Of a stretch of 64,000 bases of DNA, positions 31,658 through 42,151 are shown piece after piece. The position numbers and the translations under genes were made by a program. Position 1 is the stretch's first letter; the number at the start of each line of letters is the position of its first letter. Location of the stretch: assembly GCA_963805945.1 (NCBI GenBank), contig CAWDVP010000002.1, positions 640,001-704,000 of the forward strand, given 5' to 3'. Origin of the DNA: Vulcanimicrobiota bacterium. Lineage in GTDB: Bacteria > Vulcanimicrobiota > Vulcanimicrobiia > Eremiobacterales > Eremiobacteraceae. The notes beneath the pieces were generated by a model. It ran no database searches, had not been told where the DNA came from, and worked only from the letters and a program-made list of their open reading frames with translations.

Positions 31658-32338
31658 CTACAAGCGCACGTAGGGCGCGAGGCGGTCGAACTTCGACGGC
31701 CCGATGCCCGGCACGTTCTGCAGATCGTCGATGGTCTGGAACGGGCCGTTCTGCTGGCGGAAATCGACGATGCGCCGCGCCAAGCCCGGACCGACACCGG
31801 GCAGCTGCACGAGTTGCTCTTCGCCGGCGGTGTTGACGTCGAGCGTCTGTCCCGGCGCCAATTTGTTGGCGCCTCGTCCGCCGTGCGATCTGCTATGACG
31901 CGAGCGATGCACGGGTACGCCGGTATCGGCGGTGTACGGGCCTGAGTCAGTCGCGATGGTCTGGCCTTTGTGCGGCACGGTCACCTTCATCGCGTCGCGC
32001 AAGGGTTCGGCCAGGTTGATCTGATCCATGTCGGCATCCGCCGACTCGCCGCCGGCCTGTTTGACCGCGTCGACGACGCGGGCGCCCGGCGCGAAAAGGT
32101 AGACGCCGGCGCGCTTCACCGCGCCGCACACGTAGACCGCGAGTTCGCTCGGCGACGGGCTCGCGGCATCGGGCGAAATGCCGGGGCTCGGAAAGCCGTG
32201 CGCGTCGGCGACCAGTGTCGGCGGCACTGTGGCCTCGGCCGCAAGCGGGTGTGGCGCGCCCGCCGGCCGCGGCAGCATGAATCCGGCGGCGACGGCGACC
32301 GCCGCGCCGCCGATGAGCCAACGTCGATCGAATTGCAT
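31658..32338 (-). CDS. comEA: Competence DNA-binding protein ComEA
   Basis: N-terminal TM, SLBB domain VYVCGAVKRAGVY...RVVDAVKQAGG, HhH LPGVGPGLARRIV...VPGIGP. Confidence 0.93.
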   Translation of the reverse strand: MQFDRRWLIGGAAVAVAAGFMLPRPAGAPHPLAAEATVPPTLVADAHGFPSPGISPDAASPSPSELAVYVCGAVKRAGVYLFAPGARVVDAVKQAGGESADADMDQINLAEPLRDAMKVTVPHKGQTIATDSGPYTADTGVPVHRSRHSRSHGGRGANKLAPGQTLDVNTAGEEQLVQLPGVGPGLARRIVDFRQQNGPFQTIDDLQNVPGIGPSKFDRLAPYVRL

Positions 32339-32401
32339 CGTGGCCACGCCGGACACATCCCGCGAACGCGGGGCCGCGTCAAGGGCTTCATCGCGAGCCT
32401 A

Positions 32402-32410
32402 TGGTACAAT
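32402..32410 (+). promoter_or_regulatory. Extended -10 element, possibly leaderless leuS transcript
   Basis: TGGTACAAT ends 7 nt before the leuS ATG; no SD visible. Confidence 0.55.
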
Positions 32411-32417
32411 TGCCCCG

Positions 32418-34899
32418 ATGGCTGAGACACCGATTCCGCCGTACGAACCGCAGGCGATCGAACCGAAATGGCAACGCGCGTGGGCGCAGCGCGGCCAGAA
32501 CGAGATCCACGAAGATCCCACGCGGCCGAAATTCTACCTGCTCGAGATGCTGCCGTACCCGAGCGGCGATCTCCACGTCGGCCACGCGCGCAACTACACC
32601 CTCGGCGACGTCATCGGCCGCTATTGGCGCATGCGCGGCCGCAACGTGATGCACCCGATGGGCTGGGACGCCTTCGGCCTGCCCGCCGAAGGCGCCGCCA
32701 TCCAGCGCGGCATCCACCCGGCCGACTGGACCGAGACGAACATCGCGAACATGCGCCGCCAGCTGCAAGGGCTGGGCATCGCCTACGACTGGTCGCGCGA
32801 GATCGACACGTCATCGCCGGAATACTACCGCTGGACGCAGTGGCTGTTCTTGTTCATGCACCGCAAGGGGCTCGCGTATAAGAAGGAAGCGCCGGTCAAC
32901 TGGTGCCCGACCGACCAGACGATCCTCGCCAACGAGCAGGCCGAAGGCGGCGTCTGCTGGCGCTGCGGTTCGCGTGTCGAGCAGCGCATGGTCAACCAAT
33001 GGTTCTTCAAGACGACGGCGTACGCCGATCGGCTGCTCGAGGGGCTCGATCGCCTCGAGCATTGGCCGGAGCGCGTCAAGACGATGCAGCGCAATTGGAT
33101 AGGACGCAGCGAGGGCGTCACGTTCTCGTTCGAAGTCGGCAACGCGGCGCTTTCGACGTTCACCACGCGGCTCGACACGATCTTCGGCGTCACGTTCATC
33201 GCCGTCGCGCTCGACCATCCGCTCGTCGCGTCGTTCACCGCCGGTACGTCGAAAGAGGCTGCGCAGGTGCGACGAGTTCGTCGACGGACTGAAAAGCAAG
33301 AACGAGCTCGAGCGCACGATGATGGAGAAGCTCGGCGTCTTCTCCGGCGCGCACGCGCGCCATCCGCTCACCGGCGAGCGCATCCCCATCTGGGTCACCA
33401 ACTACGTGCTCAGCAGCTACGGTTCTGGCGCGGTCATGGGCGTGCCGGCGCACGATCAGAGAGATTTCGAGTTCGCCCATAAATACCGCATCGACGTGAA
33501 GACGGTGGTGACGCCGCCCGGCCAGCCGGATTTCGTCGCGCGCGATGCCGCATATGTCGACGATGGCGTGCTCGTGCGCTCGCAAGATTTCGACGGCCTG
33601 GCAAGCGCGCAAGCGCGCAAAGCGATCGCCGAACTGCTCATCGAGCGCGGCATCGGCGAGGAGACCGTCAACTACCGCTTGCGCGATTGGCTGATCTCCC
33701 GCCAGCGCTACTGGGGCGCGCCGCTTCCGTTCGTCAATTGCCCGACCCACGGGCTCGTGCCCGTGCCGGAGGACCAGTTGCCGGTGCTGCTGCCGTACGA
33801 CGTGCCGATCACCGGCGTGCAAGGCAGTCCGCTCGCGCAAGTGCCGTCGTTCGTGAACACGACCTGTCCGATCTGCGGCGGTCCCGCCACGCGCGAGACC
33901 GACACCATGGACACGTTCATGTGCTCGTCATGGTATTTCTTGCGCTACCTGAGCCCGCACGACGACAAAGAGCCATGGAGCAAAGAGGCTGCGTCATACT
34001 GGGCGCCGGTCGACCACTACATCGGCGGTATCGAGCACGCGGTCATGCATCTCATGTACGCCCGCTTCTTCTACAAGGTGCTCCACGATGACGGCCTCGT
34101 GCCCGAGGACGAGCCCTTCAAGCGGCTCTTCAATCAGGGGTTCGTGCTGGGCGAGAACAACGAGAAGATGAGCAAGTCGCGCGGCAACGTCGTGGGCATC
34201 GACGAGACGGCCGATCGCTACGGCGTCGACGCGCTGCGCGTTTTCGAGATGTTCGCCGGACCGCCCGACGGGGATTACCCTTGGTCGACGACCGGCATCG
34301 CCGGCGCCACCCGCACGCTGCACCGCGTGTGGAAGCTCGTGCTCGCGCATGCGAACGCGCTGCAACGGCCGCCGCCCGCGGGGCAGGGGGACGGCGTCGC
34401 GGATGCCGGCTTACGCTTCAGCGTCCATGCTAAGATCAAACAGGTGACCGATGAGATCGGCGACCGCATGCATCTCAATACGTGCGTCGCCGCGATCATG
34501 ACCTTGCTCAACGACCTCGAGGCGTACGCGGCCGCGCACGAGCACCCGTCGCAGTCGAGCGCTTTCGCCGAGGGTCTGCGCGCGCTACTGCTGTTGCTCG
34601 CGCCGTTCGCGCCGCACATCACCGAGGAGCTGTGGGAGCGCACAGGGCATAGCGGCAGCATCCATCTCGAAGCGTGGCCGCGCTATGAAGAGGCCGCGCT
34701 CGCGCGCAGCCTCATCCCGTTCGTGATCCAGGTGAACGGCAAACACCGCGGCACGATCGAGGCGGCGCCCGGCTCGAGCGAGGACGCCGTCTTCGAACGC
34801 GCGACGAAGGTGACGACGGTGAGCGCTCAGCTCGACGGCAAGAAGGTCCGCAAGCGGATCTTCGTGCCGGACAAGCTGCTCAATATCGTCGTCGCGTAG
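32418..34899 (+). CDS. leuS: Leucine--tRNA ligase, apparent frameshift near 33270
   Basis: MLPYPSGDLHVGH (HIGH), MQRNWIGRSEG, GAVMGVPAHDQRD, DWLISRQRYWG, KMSKS. Confidence 0.96.
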
Positions 34900-34905
34900 C
34901 GGACC

Positions 34906-35385
34906 TTACTTGGTGGCCTTCACCATGTTCATGCTCTCCGGACCCATGCCCGTGATCTGGAGGATCACTTCGCCCTTCGATTGGGCGTAGTGGTGCAGGT
35001 TCGGGGGAATCGAGACGAACGAACCGGCGGGCAGTGCCGTCATCTTCGCCGCGTTCCACGTATCGCCGAGACCGACGAGGAATGTGCCGCTGAGTATGGT
35101 CACCTGCTCGGTGTTCGTGTGCCAATGCGCCGGGAACTTGACGCCGTTATCAAGTTTGTAGCGCATGACGTACACGCCGGTCTTGGTCGGATCGCCGTAC
35201 AACACGGCGGTTGATACGCCTTTCATCTGGGGATACGGCGTCCACTTGACCGAACCGGCCGGCACCACCGTCGGCGTCATGGCCGCGTTCATCATCGCCG
35301 GCCCTGACGCCGCCGAGCGTGCGACCGACGTCAGGCCCACGAACACAAATGCCAGCGCGACGCAGAATAGAAAAGTCTTCTTCAT
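34906..35385 (-). CDS. Secreted cupin-domain protein (DUF4437-like)
   Basis: GGAGG RBS, signal peptide, LYGDPTKTG, PAHWHTNTEQVTILSG, HHYA. Confidence 0.85.
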   Translation of the reverse strand: MKKTFLFCVALAFVFVGLTSVARSAASGPAMMNAAMTPTVVPAGSVKWTPYPQMKGVSTAVLYGDPTKTGVYVMRYKLDNGVKFPAHWHTNTEQVTILSGTFLVGLGDTWNAAKMTALPAGSFVSIPPNLHHYAQSKGEVILQITGMGPESMNMVKATK

Positions 35386-35485
35386 CTGAAGCAACCTCCG
35401 GAACGCCACGGACAGACCCGTGGCGCAGCATGAGAACATTTGGTGCTTGGACACGCAGGGCACCTCCCCCGCGCAGGACCGGGCT

Positions 35486-36431
35486 TTAGCGCTTGGGCGC
35501 GCGACCCTTGAAGAAGTCGACGGTCTTGGCGATGCCCGCCGTCATCCCCACGCTCGGCTGCCAGCCGAGGACTGTCCTAGCTTTCTCGATCGCGAAGACG
35601 CATGTGCGTATATCGCCCGCCCGCTTCGGCGCGTGCTCCACTTCGACGTCGCGACCGGCGGCGGCTGCGATCGTCGCGTGCAGAGCGTTCACCGACGTGC
35701 CGACGCCGCCGCCGATGTTGATCGCCTCGTCGTCGGCGGCGTCGAGCGCCAAGATGTTCGCGCGCGCGACGTCGGCGACGTAGACGTAGTCGCGCGTCTG
35801 CTCGCCATCCCAATCGATGCGGACGCCGTGCGCGACGAGAACTTCGCGGCGAAGATCGCGATGACGCCCGCTTCGCCGTTGGGATCCTGGCGCGGTCCGT
35901 AGACGTTGCCGTAGCGCAACGCCGTGAAATCCAGGCCCGATCGTTGCGTAATAGCGCAGGTAATGCTCGCCGACCATCTTCGTGATGCCGTACGGCGATT
36001 CGGGCAGCTGCGGAGTATCGCCTCGTCGATCGGCAGGCTACTCCGGCTTGCCGTAGGTCGCGACGCTGAGGCGAAGATGATCTTGCGCGCGCCGGTCGTG
36101 CGCACGGCGACTTCGAGCACGTTGAGCAGTGCCGCGAGACGTTGACGTCGCGAGTCGTAGCGCGGGTCGCGCACGGTCGAGATCGCGACGCTGAGTGCTG
36201 CGCGGCGTGATGGCTCACGATCTCCGGCTGGAAGCCGTCGAAGATCCGGCCAGCGCTTCGTCGCGGATGTCGCCTGTCGCGAAGCGGCGCCTGCGGACAC
36301 GTTCTCGCGCCGGCCGCCGCCGTGCTCCCACAGGCTGTCGACGGCGAGCGACATCGTGCCCGGCGGCGACGATAGGCATCGACGACGTGCGAGCCGATGA
36401 AGCCGGCGCCGCCGGTGACGAGGATGCGCAC
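35486..36431 (-). CDS. NAD-dependent epimerase/dehydratase (GalE-like), multiple frameshifts
   Basis: MRILVTGGAGFIGSHVVD; LRYGNVYGPRQDPNGEAGVIAIF; GEQTRDYVYVADVARAN in different frames. Confidence 0.9.
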
Positions 36432-36443
36432 GTCTACGCGCGC

Positions 36444-36512
36444 TTAGAGGGTCAGGTGACCGCTGACCAACAGCAGGATCAGGATCAAAACGACGATGAT
36501 GAAGGTCGTCAC
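36444..36512 (-). CDS. 22-aa hydrophobic peptide, GHLxL family copy A
   Basis: AAGGAG SD, GTG start, MTTFIIVVLILILLLVSGHLTL, TAA; paralogous to 36552 and 42083. Confidence 0.8.
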   Translation of the reverse strand: MTTFIIVVLILILLLVSGHLTL

Positions 36513-36551
36513 GGATACCACTCCTTCCGTTTTGGTGATCTCGTCACGAGA

Positions 36552-36620
36552 TCAGAGATGCAGATGGCCGGCGACCGCCAGCAAGATCAAGATGAGCAGC
36601 GCGATGATGGCCCAAGTCAC
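36552..36620 (-). CDS. 22-aa hydrophobic peptide, GHLxL family copy B
   Basis: GAGGAGG SD, GTG start, MTWAIIALLILILLAVAGHLHL, TGA. Confidence 0.8.
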   Translation of the reverse strand: MTWAIIALLILILLAVAGHLHL

Positions 36621-36676
36621 GTCATGTCCCTCCTCGGACTAGACAGCGGACTGTCTGGACTTGCTTGTTCCCTCAA

Positions 36677-36692
36677 TCGAACATGTGTTCCT
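36677..36692. promoter_or_regulatory. Gram-positive-type LexA (SOS) box
   Basis: TCGAAC-ATGT-GTTCCT matches CGAAC-N4-GTTCG with one mismatch; between peptide pair and comEC. Confidence 0.7.
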
Positions 36693-36710
36693 ATCCGCCT
36701 TCTGAGGCTT

Positions 36711-36736
36711 GGAACGGTCGAATTCATTCGACCGTC
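36711..36736. repeat. REP-like palindrome of the GGAG family (GGAA variant)
   Basis: GGAACGGTCGAATTCATTCGACCGTC; core identical to 2896-2915. Confidence 0.75.
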
Positions 36737-36780
36737 GGGGAGCTGGACACCGAGCGATGTGGGTGGGACAGTGAAGTGTC

Positions 36781-39216
36781 GTGCACATCGCGGACACCCT
36801 GGCGCGCGGCCATCTTCTCGCGATGGCTTTCGCCGCCTACGCGCTTGGCATCATCGCCGCCGCTCATCACGTGCCGTTGCTGGCGAACGCGAGCATTGCG
36901 CTCGCGCTCGGCGTCATTCTACCCGGCGCTTTCGCCCTTGAAACGCACCTGCGTCGCGCCGCGTTGCTGTGCGCGGCCTGCTTGGCCGGTGGAGCAGCGG
37001 CGGCGATCGCCGCCGAGCATCATAGTCAAGCGCTAGGGCTCGACGCGCTCGACGGCAAGCACGTCGTCTGCGAGGTGGTCGCGCTGGAGCGCCCGCGTCC
37101 ATCGTCGTCTGGCCTGTCCGTCCGGGTCCGCATAGAGCAGGTCGCATCGACTGCCGGCCCGGCTGCCCGCTTGCGCGGCGTGGGCGCTGTGCTCGAGATG
37201 CCCGAGTCGAGCGAGGCACGCCGATTCGCCGGACAGCTGCTGCGGATCCGTGCGCGCATCGGCGTGCCGTCGGGGCCGCGCAACGAGGGCGAGCCGGCGG
37301 AACGCGACCAGCTCGCGGAGCAAGGCGTGACCCTCGTGCTCGTCGCGCAGCGTCCGCGCGACGTCGCGCCGCTCGGCGCAGCTGTAGGTTGGCAGGCGTG
37401 GTGGGCGCGGCTGCGTTCGCGCTTCGCCGCTGCGGTCGAGTCGCGTCTGCCGCCGCTAGAAGCGACCGTGCTCGAGGGCGTGCTGTGGGGCGATCGGGGC
37501 GAACTGCCCGCCGCGCTGCGCCAAGAGTTCTCGGACACCGGCGCCGTGCATGTGCTCACCACCGCGGGCCTGCACTTGGGCATCATGGCGGCGCTCGTCG
37601 CCGCGTTGCTGCTGCAGACGCCATTGCCGCGACCCGCTCGCTCCGCGCTCGTGATCGCGGCCGGTTGGGCGTACGCGATGCTCGCGGGCATGCATCTGCC
37701 GACGCTGCGCGCCGCCACGATGCTCACCGCAGGTATGCTCGCGGTCGAAAGCGGGCGCGGCCGCACCGCGTCGGCGGTGCTAGCCGCCGCGGCGTTCTCC
37801 GTGACGCTCGTCCATCCGCTCGCGCTGCTGTCGCCATCGTTCTCGATGTCGTTCGCCTGTGTCGGCGGCATCGCGCTGCTCAGCCCGGCGCTGAGCGCGC
37901 TCGGTCTGCGCGGCGGCGAGTGGTTGCCGCACTGGATGGCGGAGCTGGTGCGAACCGGCCTGTGCGTCCAGCTCGCGCTGTGGCCGTTGCAGGCGCTGTA
38001 CTTCAATGCGTTCACGCCGTATGCGGTGGCCGCCAATCTCGTCGTCGTGCCGATGGTCGGCTTCGTCATGGCGACGGGCACCGCGTATGCCGGCGCGGCG
38101 TTGTTCTTCGCGCCGCTCGCGCAGCCGCTCGGCAATCTCACCTGGTGGTGTCTCACCGCGCTCATCGCCGCGGTCGAACGGTTCGCTGAGCTGCCGTTCG
38201 CGCACGTCGACGTACCGCCGCCGAGCCACGCGTTCCTCGTCGCCTATTGGCTCGCGCTTGCGGCGTTCGCTCGCGCGGCGCACGCGGGCGTCGCATGGCG
38301 GCATATCGTGAAAGTCGGCATTCCCGCGGCGCTGGCTCTCGCACTCGTCTACTGCGCGCCGGGCATCGCCGCTGCGCTTGATCCGCGTTTGCACCTCGAC
38401 GCCATCGACGTCGGACAAGCTGACTGCCTGCTCGTGCGCGCACCCGGCATGCACGCGATGCTGGTGGATGGCGGCGGCAAGCTAGAACGCGGCGGCGGCG
38501 CTGTGGTCGCGCAGCCCATCGGCGATCGCATCGCGGCGCGCACCGTCATGCCGTTTCTGCTGCGGCATTGGGTGCTGCATCTCGATGCAGTCGTGCTGAC
38601 GCATCCGCATGGCGACCACGCCGGCGGTCTGCCGGTCATCCTCGCACGGGAGCGGGTCGGTGCGCTCTATGACTCCGCGCAGCTCTACGGCGGCCCGGCA
38701 TATCAACGCGCGCTGGAGATCATGCGCGAGAAAGGCATCCCTTGGTTAGCAGCGCGGCGCGGCACGCGCTTCGATCTCGGGCCGCAGACGCACGTCGTCG
38801 TCCTCGCACCCGAGCTGCCGCTCATCACCGGCACGAGTTCGGATATCAACAACAATTCCGTCGTCCTGCGGGTGGAGTTCGGCCGCACTGCGCTGCTGCT
38901 CACCGGGGACGCCCAATCGGAAGCCGAGGTTCGGCTGCTCTCGCACGGTGGCGGCGATTTACGCGCCGACATCCTCAAGGTCGGCCATCACGGGAGCGCG
39001 TATTCATCGACGCCGGAATTCTTGGCCGCCGTCCGCCCGAAGATCGCGCTCATCTCGTGCGGCAGGCACAACGTGTTCGGCCACCCAAGCCCGGGGACAC
39101 TGGACGCGCTCCGCGCCGAAGGCGCCGCGATATACCGCACGGATACGGATGGCGGCATTTCGATCGAGACCGATGGCGCGAGCATCGAAACGAAGACGGC
39201 CGCCGCACCGGAATAA
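36781..39216 (+). CDS. comEC: DNA uptake competence protein ComEC/Rec2
   Basis: HVLTTAGLHLG, PTLRAATM, IDVGQAD, LTHPHGDHAGG, NNNSVVL, LKVGHHGS, FGHPS. Confidence 0.95.
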   Translation: MHIADTLARGHLLAMAFAAYALGIIAAAHHVPLLANASIALALGVILPGAFALETHLRRAALLCAACLAGGAAAAIAAEHHSQALGLDALDGKHVVCEVVALERPRPSSSGLSVRVRIEQVASTAGPAARLRGVGAVLEMPESSEARRFAGQLLRIRARIGVPSGPRNEGEPAERDQLAEQGVTLVLVAQRPRDVAPLGAAVGWQAWWARLRSRFAAAVESRLPPLEATVLEGVLWGDRGELPAALRQEFSDTGAVHVLTTAGLHLGIMAALVAALLLQTPLPRPARSALVIAAGWAYAMLAGMHLPTLRAATMLTAGMLAVESGRGRTASAVLAAAAFSVTLVHPLALLSPSFSMSFACVGGIALLSPALSALGLRGGEWLPHWMAELVRTGLCVQLALWPLQALYFNAFTPYAVAANLVVVPMVGFVMATGTAYAGAALFFAPLAQPLGNLTWWCLTALIAAVERFAELPFAHVDVPPPSHAFLVAYWLALAAFARAAHAGVAWRHIVKVGIPAALALALVYCAPGIAAALDPRLHLDAIDVGQADCLLVRAPGMHAMLVDGGGKLERGGGAVVAQPIGDRIAARTVMPFLLRHWVLHLDAVVLTHPHGDHAGGLPVILARERVGALYDSAQLYGGPAYQRALEIMREKGIPWLAARRGTRFDLGPQTHVVVLAPELPLITGTSSDINNNSVVLRVEFGRTALLLTGDAQSEAEVRLLSHGGGDLRADILKVGHHGSAYSSTPEFLAAVRPKIALISCGRHNVFGHPSPGTLDALRAEGAAIYRTDTDGGISIETDGASIETKTAAAPE

Positions 39217-39238
39217 GAAGTCGAAGGAACTAGGAACA

Positions 39239-40388
39239 ATGCCTACACGCATAGTGGTGCTCGGCGCCGGCTTCGGAGGACTCGAGCTGACGACGATCCT
39301 TTCGGATGCGTTCGGCGACGGACTCGATCTCGTGCTCATCGACAAGAGCGACGCGTTCGTCTTCGGCTTCTCGAAGCTCGACGTCATGTTCGGACGGATC
39401 GAGCTCGCGCAGGTGCGCCACCCATATCGCGACGTCGTCAAACCAGGTGTGCGGTTCGTCCAGACGACGGTGCGCTCCATCGACCCAGCCGCGCGGCGCG
39501 TGAAGACCGACGCGGGGACGTTCGACGCGGACGTCCTCGTCGTCGCGCTCGGCGCGGATTACGACATCGCGGCGACGCCCGGGCTCGCGCAAGGCAACGA
39601 GTTCTACTCGATCGCGGGCGCGAATCGCGCTGCGCGACGTTTTGCCGCGCTTCGAGCGCGGCACGGCGATCATCGGCGTGACCTCGACGCCGTACAAATG
39701 CCCGCCGGCGCCAAGCGAGGCGGCGTTTCTGCTGCACGACTACCTCACCACGCGCGGCCGGCGCGCCGCGGTCGATATCTCGGTGGTGATCCCGTTCGGC
39801 CGGCCCATTCCCCCGTCGCCTGACACCTCGAAGGCGATTCTCGCCGGCTTCGCCGAGCGCAACATCCGCTGGGTCCCCGAGCGCGAGGTGAGCGCTCTCG
39901 ACCCGAACCGAAAGGTCGCGATGTTGGACGACGGCACGGAGATGCCGTACGACTTGTTCCTCGGCGTGCCCGTGCATCGGGTGCCGAAGGTCGTCGAGGA
40001 ATCCGGCCTGGCCGTCGACGGCTGGGTACCGGTGAATCCCAAGACGCTGGAGACGCGCTTTCCGGGAGTCTATGCCGTCGGCGACGTGGCGCTCGTGGGC
40101 ACGCCGAAGGCCGGCGTGTTCTCGGAGGGCCAAGCGCGCGTGGTGGCGGCGGAGATCACCGCGCAACTCAAAGGCGGTCCGTCAGCACAGCCCTACTCGG
40201 GGATCGGCGCGTGCTACATCGAGTTCGGCGGCGATGTCGTCGGGCGAGTCGTGGTGGATTTCTTCAGCGGCCCTGAACCGACGGGTACGTTTGACGCGCC
40301 GTCCGCGGCGCTCGTCGCAGACAAGGCGGAGTTCGGCTCCAGCCGCATCGCGCGCTGGTTCTCACGACCGCACGACGCGCGCGGCTGA
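39239..40388 (+). CDS. FAD-dependent oxidoreductase, sulfide:quinone reductase/FCC-like, frameshift near 39625
   Basis: IVVLGAGFGG, YKCPPAPSEAA, VYAVGDV, PKAGVFSEGQA, ACYIEFG. Confidence 0.85.
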
Positions 40389-40412
40389 TCTGCTAGAAAG
40401 ATCTGGAAGACT

Positions 40413-41165
40413 ATGCTGCAAGCAGGATCACCCGCACGCGATGCGACGCGCATCGTACCGCTTATGGGTCTCGCAGGCGCGCTGCGAGCCGTGCCCAGCG
40501 CGAAGCTCACCTATCGCGGCGGCCCGCTCATCGCCAACGCCGAAGTGACCACCGTCTTCTGGGGCGGGTGGTGGCTCAAAGCGCCGCAGGCCGACATCGT
40601 CACGCGCCTCAACAAGTTCTTCGACGACATCTTGGTGAGCGCGCTCATGGACCAACTCGCAGAATATAGCGTGCCGGGCACCGCGATCGGCCACGGCAAG
40701 CGCGTCGCGACCGCAACGGTCGATACCGCGCCGCCGGCGACGGTCGATGACGCGGGCATCACCTCGTTCCTGCAAGGGCTGATCGCCGCGAAGAGCGTGC
40801 CGGCCGCCAACGCCAACTCGATCTATTTCGTGTACTTGCCCTCCGGCGTCAGCGTGACGATGGGCGGCCAGGCGTCATGCAGCTCGTTCTGCGGCTATCA
40901 CGACATCATCGGAGGGAAGATCGCGTACGCGGTCGAGCCGTACCCCGATTGCACAGGCTGTATGGGCGGTCTTGCGGCGTTCGACGCCCTCACGGTCACC
41001 TCGTCGCACGAGTTGTGCGAGGCGGTGACCGATCCCGTCCCCGGTCACGGCTGGTACGATGATGTCAACGGCGAGATCGGCGACATTTGCGCCTGGCAGT
41101 TCAAGAAGGTCGCCGCCTACACCGTGCAGCTCGAATGGTCCAACAAGGCCGGCGCCTGCGTGTGA
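40413..41165 (+). CDS. Hypothetical protein, EXORDIUM/Phi-1-like zincin candidate (start uncertain)
   Basis: LTYRGGPLI, FCGYH, SHELCEAVTDP, GWYD, GEIGDIC. Confidence 0.6.
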   Translation: MLQAGSPARDATRIVPLMGLAGALRAVPSAKLTYRGGPLIANAEVTTVFWGGWWLKAPQADIVTRLNKFFDDILVSALMDQLAEYSVPGTAIGHGKRVATATVDTAPPATVDDAGITSFLQGLIAAKSVPAANANSIYFVYLPSGVSVTMGGQASCSSFCGYHDIIGGKIAYAVEPYPDCTGCMGGLAAFDALTVTSSHELCEAVTDPVPGHGWYDDVNGEIGDICAWQFKKVAAYTVQLEWSNKAGACV

Positions 41166-41192
41166 GCGGCCGGCCCTAGTCGGAGGATGCGG

Positions 41193-41945
41193 CTATCTCA
41201 CCACGACGGTGAGGGACATGTTGTTATGCCCGACGCCGCACTCGATCGCGCAGTGGATGACGTACGTCCCCACGGTCCTCGGCGTAAAGGTCACGCGCAC
41301 GGGTTGACCCGGTCTGATCGTCGTGAGCGGGATGCCGAGCGCGTCCGATTGGATGCCGTGCACGCCTGAAGTTGAGGTCAATCGCAGCGTCTCTGGTGTG
41401 CCGACGGCGATGGTGATCGTGTTCGGCGTGAACTGCCAGTCGGATGCGACGATGTTGGTCAGATTGCTGACCGTCGGAGTCGCGGTCGGCGGAGGAACTG
41501 CCGATGCCGGCGCTCCGGCCGAGGCCACGGTCACCGTCTGCGAGTTATCGTCATAGTTGACGCTCGCTCCGAGCGCTTCGGAGATGAACCGCAGCGGCAC
41601 CAACGTGCGCGCGCCGACCAAGAACGGGGCGACGTCGAGCGTGGTCGGCTGACCGTTCACGGTCGCCGTCGTCGAGCCGATATGCAATTGGATGTTGCGG
41701 CCGTTGCCGGTGGCGTTGATCGCGCCGTTGTCGTAGACGACGCTCGCGCCCAGGCGCTCGAAGACGCCGCGCAGCGGCACGAAGACCCGCCCGCTTCGCT
41801 CGATCGGCGGCTGATCGAACGTCATCGCCTGGCCGTTGACGACGATGCGCACGTCGGCCAAGGCCGGTGCCGATGAGAATAAGCCGAGGATCAGACTGAG
41901 AAACAAGACTCCGGTGACGAGCGTGAGAAAACGAAGGATTCGCAT
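41193..41945 (-). CDS. Secreted copper-amine-oxidase N-terminal (stalk) domain plus CuA-type cupredoxin
   Basis: GRVFVPLRGVFERLGA, RTLVPLRFISEALGA; GVHG and HCAIECGVGHNNM. Confidence 0.85.
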   Translation of the reverse strand: MRILRFLTLVTGVLFLSLILGLFSSAPALADVRIVVNGQAMTFDQPPIERSGRVFVPLRGVFERLGASVVYDNGAINATGNGRNIQLHIGSTTATVNGQPTTLDVAPFLVGARTLVPLRFISEALGASVNYDDNSQTVTVASAGAPASAVPPPTATPTVSNLTNIVASDWQFTPNTITIAVGTPETLRLTSTSGVHGIQSDALGIPLTTIRPGQPVRVTFTPRTVGTYVIHCAIECGVGHNNMSLTVVVR

Positions 41946-42036
41946 ATGATGCCTCTTTCTGATAGAGGCATACCCAATTCTGAGGCGCGGCAACCAGGTC
42001 TAATCGTGCATTCGGCTCGCGGCGGGCGTGTTGCGA

Positions 42037-42067
42037 CACGGCCGACCTTTGGGTCGGCCGTGCCTAC
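42037..42067. repeat. GTAG-headed REP-like hairpin, possible terminator of peptide copy C
   Basis: Minus strand GTAGG-CACGGCCGACC-CAAA-GGTCGGCCGTG; 11-bp perfect stem. Confidence 0.7.
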
Positions 42068-42082
42068 GACCGGTCGAGGGGT

Positions 42083-42151
42083 TTAGAGCTTGAGGTGTCC
42101 GGTCACCGCGAGTAGGATCAAGACCAGTAAGACGACGACGAGAACGTCCAT
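42083..42151 (-). CDS. 22-aa hydrophobic peptide, GHLxL family copy C
   Basis: AAGGAGGT SD, ATG start, MDVLVVVLLVLILLAVTGHLKL, TAA. Confidence 0.82.
   Translation of the reverse strand: MDVLVVVLLVLILLAVTGHLKL

Noticed and set aside
33240..33320. Split leuS as pseudogene, programmed frameshift or two-subunit LeuRS
   Set aside because: Essential gene, one base restores the frame, no slippery site seen, and many similar indels occur across the window
35433..35446. Second LexA-like site AGAACATTTGGTGC upstream of the cupin gene
   Set aside because: Right half-site deviates too far from GTTC
35486..36431. Pseudogene calls for the epimerase, thiolase (~17845), Sqr-like (~39625), resB (~62598) and TMEM175 genes
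   Set aside because: Motifs are intact on both sides of isolated indels, which is consistent with long-read error; read mapping would settle it
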